Positions 57,811 to 64,000 of a DNA stretch of 64,000 nt are shown here, piece by piece. Every line of letters starts with the position of its first letter. Within the stretch, counting starts at the first letter, position 1. The position numbers and the translations under genes were made by a program. The notes beneath the pieces are model-generated. The model saw nothing but the letters and a program-made list of their open reading frames with translations, was not told the DNA's origin and ran no database searches. Source of the DNA: a virus; IMG/VR virus record IMGVR_UViG_3300028374_000796. One strand, 5' to 3'.

Positions 57811-58395
57811 TTACCCTTTTCCGTTGGCACAAAAGCCTACGCTCAGAGTAGCAATTCCTTTGGGATTAGAAATAGCCATTCCCAATTCTAATTCATTTTC
57901 TCCGTCTTCATCTTCGGAACGGATAGCGAAAATTCCAAGAAATTCTGGAGCAGGTAGAACATAAACGCTGGTGGGGGGCATTTCTGCATGAACATAGACC
58001 GTCACTCCTATTACTTGACCTTCATGTGTTACCCCTGACGAAAATTCACGGGTTCTTACCAAAGCTCCAGGGAACTCGTTTTCAAAATCCTCTAAGAGTC
58101 TGGACGGGAGTAGGACATTTTGGGCTATAAGGTCTTGCTTCTCTAAGGTTGCTATGGCATCATAAAAAGAAGACTTCGTAAAATAGCCAGAAGTAGTGTG
58201 AAGAGGGGAGTCACTCCAGACTCGGGCGGAATTTAATAGGGAGAACAATGCTGCATCTTCCCTCTCTACTTGATTAGATACGGTAGACAACCCCACATCG
58301 GAATTCTGAATCGGATTCGGTCCTTGAGAAATATTTAGAAAAATTTGTAAAAAGGATCTAACCAGGGTATATAGGGTGTAAGAGAGAGGAAACAA
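57811..58395 (-). CDS. Major-capsid-like C-terminal fragment (HK97-fold candidate); true start unclear
   Basis: EREDAALF, DAIATLEKQDL, GQVIGVTVYV, PEFLGIFAIR, ELGMAISNPKGI; the 5-prime part overlaps promoter copy d. Confidence 0.5.
   Translation of the reverse strand: MFPLSYTLYTLVRSFLQIFLNISQGPNPIQNSDVGLSTVSNQVEREDAALFSLLNSARVWSDSPLHTTSGYFTKSSFYDAIATLEKQDLIAQNVLLPSRLLEDFENEFPGALVRTREFSSGVTHEGQVIGVTVYVHAEMPPTSVYVLPAPEFLGIFAIRSEDEDGENELELGMAISNPKGIATLSVGFCANGKG
58345..58374 (+). promoter_or_regulatory. Conserved phage promoter, copy d
   Basis: TTGTAA-AAAGGATCTA-ACCAGGG-TATATAG. Confidence 0.75.
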
Positions 58396-58514
58396 CCGAA
58401 ACCGACCTCAAAGGGAAAAGAGCCGCTTAAGAGCCAAACGGTCCCAACGAGATTCGGTACATCCCGCCAAATAGAATCAAATGGCATGTGTAAATTTCTA
58501 TAAAAGGTAGATTT

Positions 58515-58739
58515 ATGATCACGAAAGATGTAGAAAAAGTAATGAAGAAACTCATTGTTCAATTATTGGAATTTCCCGATTCCAAGGTTTGTAAACACTG
58601 GGCTGCTTGCAATATCCTCTCAGAAATGGAGCAAATGGGATCTGAGGTCGTAACAAATGAGTTGGCTGGGGCGGTAATTGAGGCACGAGATGAGGACGCA
58701 GTTGCCATTCTCAACGAAAGTGACAACGAAAAGGATTGA
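58515..58739 (+). CDS. Hypothetical protein (early island)
   Basis: 74-aa ORF downstream of promoter d. Confidence 0.6.
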   Translation: MITKDVEKVMKKLIVQLLEFPDSKVCKHWAACNILSEMEQMGSEVVTNELAGAVIEARDEDAVAILNESDNEKD

Positions 58740-59122
58740 ACATCATGTTAGATTATTTTCTGTACAACGAAAAAGTGAAACCCCGAACTTCACTCGAACA
58801 GGCCATTCAGATTATGGCAGGTCATGAAGAGGAACATGAGTACGCTTCTGTGGCACGAAACTTCTTGGATGCCTATCTTTCCCTCTGTGAACTCTCAAAC
58901 CAAACGCCAGACACCGTAGCGGAAGAGGAAGAGAAATTGGATATCTATCAAGAAGCGTATCTCCGAATCTATAAACACCCAACCAATCGAGAAGACATTT
59001 GGCTACCCGAGAGTGTTCCTTCGGGACCAGTGCCGGTCGAAGCTTTACAGAAACTTGGTGCCATTCATGGTGGGAGAGATCGACGTCGGCTTAGGGCAAT
59101 TCAAAGTGAGGCGATGCAATAG
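58736..59122 (+). CDS. Hypothetical protein (early island)
   Basis: 128-aa ORF overlapping the previous stop. Confidence 0.6.
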   Translation: MNIMLDYFLYNEKVKPRTSLEQAIQIMAGHEEEHEYASVARNFLDAYLSLCELSNQTPDTVAEEEEKLDIYQEAYLRIYKHPTNREDIWLPESVPSGPVPVEALQKLGAIHGGRDRRRLRAIQSEAMQ

Positions 59123-59139
59123 AACTCTGAAACAAGAAA

Positions 59140-59181
59140 TAAAAAACCCCTCTAGCCGGTAAAGGTCAGAGGGGTTTTTAT
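59140..59181. terminator. Bidirectional intrinsic terminator
   Basis: AAAAAACCCCTCT...AGAGGGGTTTTT between convergent genes. Confidence 0.8.
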
Positions 59182-59200
59182 TGCAGACTATTAGTTCTTA

Positions 59201-60352
59201 TTAGAACATGAAAGAGAACTGCAACTTACCTTCTTCATCTACAGAAACGCTTAGTGGCCAGCCGTTGTTTGCTGCAAACTTCAACAAACCTTCTTCCTGT
59301 GGTGCCAGGTGGAATGCTCCATTTTGAGAAAGAATACCTGTTGAGGGACTAGACGATTTTTTAAACTTCTGAAACCGTTTTCGAGACGGGTCCTCAAGGG
59401 TCGTATCTTCGTCATCCTCATTAGGGAATAACTCATCTACTGTTTCAAAAGAAACATTGAAAATATCTTCATCATTCTCACTGGAGACTACGTTAGCCAG
59501 AGCTTCTTGGCTTGAAGTTGCCTCCTCATCAGCGTCATTATCCGGGATGTTGAATTCAAAAACAAATTCAGCACATCGAATAGGACTACGATCTTTTCTA
59601 AGAAGGAAACCGCTCTCTTTTAGTTCTTTCAGCCCTTTTTGGACTTTCCCACTAGTGGAATCCAAAACTTCAACAATATCCTCTCGGGTGAAGTTTTTGT
59701 CTTCCTCCTGAAAAACAATGATCTGAAACAAAACTGACCTAGCATTGTCATTAAGATGCTGAAGGGCGAAGGCACTCATTTCCCTTTTAGCAGTCTCTAC
59801 GTCGCGCTTAGACGCTCTTAAGAAAGCGGAAACCAGTCTGTTATGAACCTGAGAGTACGCCAATGCATTACGATAGGGCAGATCATAGTTTTCATTACGC
59901 TCCGAAATGGGGCCAGTAGGAAGGTCAAAAAGGATCTCAGACTTCAAAGCTTGACGAGCAAAGGGCATCAGTCTTTCGATTAGATAAGGGAGATGTTTGA
60001 TACTCTTAGCCCTAGCTTGATTACTTCCCGTCATACCATCAAAGGCATTCTCCAGAATTTTGCTAATTCCATTAGCATTGATATTCCGAAACATAATTCG
60101 TTGCGGCGATAGGAAATTATCGAGATTTCCATGAACCAGACCAGGGATATTCCACACTTTCTGGAAAATGGTAGATCTGTCTGGGGAGGAAAGGGTAGGC
60201 TGTCGAAACACATTATGAACAAATTCTGCAAGACCAATCGCAAAAGCTAAGGCTCTTACTGGGTCTTCCGTTTCCAAAATGTCCTGATATTCTGCAAAAA
60301 GTTCATCACCGTATTCAGTTCTAAATCGGTTTTCATTTACTGTCGTTTTCAT
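59201..60352 (-). CDS. Hypothetical protein with a winged-helix domain
   Basis: FTREDIVEVLDSTSGKVQKGLKELKESGFL. Confidence 0.65.
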   Translation of the reverse strand: MKTTVNENRFRTEYGDELFAEYQDILETEDPVRALAFAIGLAEFVHNVFRQPTLSSPDRSTIFQKVWNIPGLVHGNLDNFLSPQRIMFRNINANGISKILENAFDGMTGSNQARAKSIKHLPYLIERLMPFARQALKSEILFDLPTGPISERNENYDLPYRNALAYSQVHNRLVSAFLRASKRDVETAKREMSAFALQHLNDNARSVLFQIIVFQEEDKNFTREDIVEVLDSTSGKVQKGLKELKESGFLLRKDRSPIRCAEFVFEFNIPDNDADEEATSSQEALANVVSSENDEDIFNVSFETVDELFPNEDDEDTTLEDPSRKRFQKFKKSSSPSTGILSQNGAFHLAPQEEGLLKFAANNGWPLSVSVDEEGKLQFSFMF

Positions 60353-60406
60353 TGTAATTCCTCTTTTCTAGGTTAACAAGAAGGCTATTATTTCGCCCAT
60401 CTTTGA

Positions 60407-60634
60407 TTAATGCAAGGTATTCAAGGTAGGAGCCTCGTCATAAATTCCATTGGGATGAGAAAATGTGATCTGAAATTGAAATTCTGAATACCTATTCTCC
60501 ATTAAGCACAAAATCCTAATTGTCTGTAGAGAGGATCATCAGACGACATCAACACACGTCCTGCCCCAAGGAAAAATAACAATTTTAGAGGCTTGTGTAA
60601 TAAGAGTAGCAGCTTCTTGTATTTTTGTAGTCAT
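60407..60634 (-). pseudogene. Frameshifted Sir2-like remnant
   Basis: MTTKIQEAATLITQASKIVIF; removing one T from a T5 run gives LGAG, then xCVD in the original frame, resembling Sir2 GAGxxVDSG. Confidence 0.45.
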
Positions 60635-60735
60635 GATTGACTTAAAATACCATAAGTAGAAGTAATAAGCAATAAAAAACCTCACTTCCTACGTGAGAAA
60701 GTGAGGCTCTTAAAACTATATACTAGAAATTAGTT

Positions 60736-61746
60736 TCACAGATTCATAAGTTGAGAAATAGATTGTCTATTTTTCACCAAATCCCTAACTGCGGATTTTA
60801 GTAAAGGTTGTAGAGCCCTACGGATTTCAGACTCATCGGCATCCTGAGGCAATACTACTTTCTCTACCTTACCTGCGACCATACCATGACTTGACTCTGG
60901 TCGATGTTGTGGATGTTCTGCCAACCAATTAGGGACAATTTTGAAGGTAAAATCGCTGGAATTTCCTGCTATGACCTCAACAAAAACCCTAGCTTGGTAA
61001 GTAAATTCCCCTTCACTATCTCCTAATGCACTAACTCTAAGGATCTCATCTCTCAAGAGATCTGCCTCTTTAGTGTAACCTCCCTTCTCTAAATTTTCTA
61101 GATCGGGATAAGAAGGTCTCACACCATCAAAAACACCTTGTTTCCTTAGAGATTTGATCGCAGCATTTTGAGCATTACTTAGATCACTGTCAATTGTCAT
61201 TCCGCTATTAGGTGGATAGCCCTTGCGAATAAGGTGAGCAAGGTTAACTCGTACCGAGGCTTGTTTAATCCAATGAGCCTTATTAGTGAAATCAACCCCC
61301 AATGGAGTACCTTTTAGGGCTTGTGCAAGATCGCGGTGAGCATCCTGTAATTCAGAATGAACAATATCATGAATGAACTTATTTTTTTTCAAATTCAGAT
61401 GAGCCACTTTAGTCTGCGAAGACAAATGGTTTAATACAGGGATAAGATGCGGACGTAGCTCTAGATCCTCAGAACCAAGTCGAATAAGTTGTTCTTTTAC
61501 GGAAGATTCTTTATCCTTAAACTTATCATCGTATTTTTCGTTAAAATATTTCCACTTAATAGCATCTTCCTCTGACATATTCTCAGTGGGGTCAGCAGGT
61601 TTTCCTTTTTCAAAGCGAGAATGCATATCGAATTCGGAATTGACCTCGTCATTACTTATGACCACATCAAGGACGGGTCTTAAATGAGTTCTCAATTCAG
61701 GTTTTTGATGACCAAGGCGAATAAGCTGTTCTTTTAAATTTTTCAT
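60736..61746 (-). CDS. Hypothetical protein with two tag copies
   Basis: MKNLKEQLIRLGHQKPELRTHLRPVLD and SVKEQLIRLGSEDLELRPHLIPVL; start moved to 61746. Confidence 0.75.
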   Translation of the reverse strand: MKNLKEQLIRLGHQKPELRTHLRPVLDVVISNDEVNSEFDMHSRFEKGKPADPTENMSEEDAIKWKYFNEKYDDKFKDKESSVKEQLIRLGSEDLELRPHLIPVLNHLSSQTKVAHLNLKKNKFIHDIVHSELQDAHRDLAQALKGTPLGVDFTNKAHWIKQASVRVNLAHLIRKGYPPNSGMTIDSDLSNAQNAAIKSLRKQGVFDGVRPSYPDLENLEKGGYTKEADLLRDEILRVSALGDSEGEFTYQARVFVEVIAGNSSDFTFKIVPNWLAEHPQHRPESSHGMVAGKVEKVVLPQDADESEIRRALQPLLKSAVRDLVKNRQSISQLMNL

Positions 61747-61768
61747 GATAAGGTTTCCTGTAAAAGGT

Positions 61769-62230
61769 TTAGTATGAATCCCAGGTGAAATCTGCAATAA
61801 GGGCAAGGTCTTCTAATTCTCCTTCGTGTTCCCCCCCTAGAAGGACCGGCTCATCGATTGCAGAATTAAGTTTTTCTTCGGTGATAGGATAAAAAGAATT
61901 ACGAAAAGTGACTGCTTCCCTACCTTCCCTAGAATTAAGGACATCTGCTAATTCCTTTAGGGAATATTCCTCTAGATGTACCGCCATGTACGCTTCTAGT
62001 GTCCAACCATGTGAGGTATGTTCCTCATTTGTAATTTGAACGTCTTCTCTGAGGTTTCTTAGCCCCATTCTTTGGAGTTTGGATAAAAAATGGTTTGTAT
62101 CTCTAGCTATCCATTTTTTTGCCTTATCCTTAGAAGCGGTTTTGAGAATATCAAGGATCGGTCTTAAATGATCCCTGAGATTGGGGTTCGAGTTCCCTAA
62201 CTTAATAAGTTGGTCTTTCAGGTTCGCCAT
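61769..62230 (-). CDS. Tagged hypothetical protein
   Basis: MANLKDQLIKLGNSNPNLRDHLRPILDILKTAS. Confidence 0.75.
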   Translation of the reverse strand: MANLKDQLIKLGNSNPNLRDHLRPILDILKTASKDKAKKWIARDTNHFLSKLQRMGLRNLREDVQITNEEHTSHGWTLEAYMAVHLEEYSLKELADVLNSREGREAVTFRNSFYPITEEKLNSAIDEPVLLGGEHEGELEDLALIADFTWDSY

Positions 62231-62629
62231 CGCACTCTCTATAATGAGAAAAGGTCTTTGGTATGATCACTCACTCCTACAATGAATAAAAAGAATAGTG
62301 ATAAAAATAAAAACGCCCCTCGCCAAATTAATGGGAGGGGCTACACCGTAAAACCGGGAGAAGGTGATTTGGTGTACTAATACTAATTATAAATAGATCT
62401 TCGATATCGATATCTAAATTGTTTCCGAAACCGAAACTTTGAAAGGAGGTTAGGAACGTCACTATATTTTCCCGAACGGGATTAAGTCCGAAAGTGACGC
62501 ACCATTGGTTTTTGGATCTTCGAGAACCTGGGCTATTTCTTTTTTGTTTCGGAAACAAAAAGGCAGCTAGTTCTTGGAAATATTAATAAGTACCCTTAAC
62601 TCGACTTAACTGGCGAGTTAACTACGAGA

Positions 62630-62710
62630 TTAGCGTGACATTGTCACGAAAAGAAATGAGGGTCCAGAAACAAAACCCCTTTAGCGTGACATTGTCACGA
62701 AAAGAAATGA
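62630..62710. repeat. Perfect 30-bp direct repeat with an internal palindrome
   Basis: TTAGCGTGACATTGTCACGAAAAGAAATGA at 62630 and 62681, with 21 nt between the copies. Confidence 0.92.
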
Positions 62711-62769
62711 CAAGGATGATAAGGAGGATAAGACACTAAAGGGATTTTTGAAATAGAAATGAAGCAGGA

Positions 62770-63285
62770 TTATTTCTTAGGAGAGGAAGCAACTCGGGAA
62801 GCAACTTTATTTGCGATCTTGGAGGTTCTAAATGACTCCGTGCGCAAGATATTCAAAAAGGAAACAGGAATATCACTTGCCTGATTGAAGATAGGGATGC
62901 CGTAGTCATTATATCGTTGAATAGATTCATCAGGCAAGAGAGCCCTGAACAATAGGTCATGAAGGTGTCTAGCATCAGCAACGTTAGGGTCCTCTATAAC
63001 TTTTCTAATAAGGAATTCTGTTTCTTCTCTTCCCAGTAGACCTCTTAGAGGGTCTTCGGATACTCCAGATCTGGGAATATTCAGAAGAGTGTTGATCCAT
63101 TTGAGAGCATTATCACGATGCTCTCCCTCCCGCAAGATGTCTATATCAGACACATGACAAATAACAGAGGGACCCCTAGTAAATTTAACGAGGGCAGTCA
63201 AACGGTCTACACTAACAGACTCAACAACGTCACCCTTTTGGGGAAGGTTAAATAGACCTGAAATCATTGCAGCTTTCTTTTCCAT
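62770..63285 (-). CDS. Hypothetical protein with C-terminal basic tag
   Basis: KIANKVASRVAS at the C-terminus. Confidence 0.65.
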   Translation of the reverse strand: MEKKAAMISGLFNLPQKGDVVESVSVDRLTALVKFTRGPSVICHVSDIDILREGEHRDNALKWINTLLNIPRSGVSEDPLRGLLGREETEFLIRKVIEDPNVADARHLHDLLFRALLPDESIQRYNDYGIPIFNQASDIPVSFLNILRTESFRTSKIANKVASRVASSPKK

Positions 63286-63420
63286 AGTGGGGAAGAACCT
63301 TTAGTAAAGATGTAATAGTTAGGATCAGTCAATAACAAAAGGATTATTATACAGACGATCCTAACTATCCTCTAAATTATGGAAGACAGGAGGTTTTAGG
63401 GGAAGTATTTGAAAAAACTT

Positions 63421-63450
63421 TTGTAATTCAGATGAGACCAGGGTATATAG
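63421..63450 (+). promoter_or_regulatory. Conserved phage promoter, copy e
   Basis: TTGTAA-TTCAGATGAG-ACCAGGG-TATATAG. Confidence 0.75.
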
Positions 63451-63587
63451 AAAGAATTGACAAACCGATGGATTGGGGTAGGACACCATGAAAAACCCCA
63501 TGACTATTAGAAAGGTCACGGGGTTTTGTGCAAATGTTATACAGAAGATAACTAGTGAGAACTTAGTTCGGTCGGAAAGTTCTCAGA

Positions 63588-63989
63588 TTATTTGTCCTCT
63601 TTATCCTGTGCCTCACGGATCATATCAGCATATTCGTTTTTCCAAGAGGACGGTCTTTTGTTTCCCTTTCCTAAATAGAGAAGTTTCCCTTTGGCAGGAT
63701 TGAAAGATCGATATTTAAAACCTCTTTGAGCAGCAATAAAGCCCAACTGAACGCCACTAGAGCGGCTTACCATACCAATGGGAGGTCCCGTATAGTACTT
63801 AAACGACCTGTCTTCTCCCCTTCTCTCCCCCCTCAATACATAGGACTCTGAAATAGCAATCTGTTCAGGGGAGGGTTGACTCGATGGGTCACTACTATAA
63901 ATGGCTTCTATATGATCTCTACCATCATCTTGAAAATTGAATTTAGGCTTTTTGATGCCGATATACCTACCTTTCTGAGCTTCAGGCAA
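63588..63989 (-). CDS. Hypothetical protein (may begin beyond the window edge)
   Basis: 133-aa open frame reaching the window end. Confidence 0.5.
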   Translation of the reverse strand: MPEAQKGRYIGIKKPKFNFQDDGRDHIEAIYSSDPSSQPSPEQIAISESYVLRGERRGEDRSFKYYTGPPIGMVSRSSGVQLGFIAAQRGFKYRSFNPAKGKLLYLGKGNKRPSSWKNEYADMIREAQDKEDK

Positions 63990-64000
63990 CCGAACCTCTT

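Noticed and set aside
592-63703. Many 60-120 aa ORFs antisense to or nested in longer genes
   Set aside because: They are shadow frames with no motifs or RBS, overlapping well-supported CDSs.
1-64000. Stop-codon reassignment, as in some jumbo phages
   Set aside because: Long conserved genes translate intact in the standard code and end in TAA, TAG or TGA; the few internal stops are confined to decayed fragments.
1-64000. tRNA or rRNA genes
   Set aside because: No cloverleaf or T-loop consensus was recognised in the gaps; tRNAscan-SE would be needed to exclude them fully.

Overview
This window is a segment of a large contractile-tailed (jumbo-type) phage genome, read in the standard code and mostly on the minus strand. 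It contains a 1400-aa tail sheath, neck/head-tail proteins, a capsid-like fragment, GroEL, an actin-fold ATPase and several homing endonucleases. The left end holds a compact CRISPR cassette: two type I-E-like mini-arrays with different 29-nt repeats and near-identical 46-bp leaders flank a cas3 split by a 1-nt frame offset. No cascade, cas1 or cas2 genes are in the window, and each array runs straight into the RBS of the next gene (cas3, pncA). Accessory genes include NAD salvage (pncA, nadD), an Apyc1-like metallo-beta-lactamase next to a DHH phosphoesterase and a patatin, two class II nucleotidyltransferases (one fused to a Dps-like domain) and a tandem cold-shock protein. A ~27-aa peptide tag (LKxQLIRLGxxNPELRxHLRPILD) occurs 11 times on 10 otherwise unrelated ORFs, and a second short basic tag also recurs; both are candidate head-packaging signals. 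Non-coding features include a five-copy promoter (TTRTAA-N10-ACCAGGG-TATATAG), a 14-copy AGGATAAG repeat in a 1-kb ORF-free gap (candidate origin), and decayed GIY-YIG, HNH and Sir2-like remnants. All homology calls come from motif recognition by eye; no searches were run.
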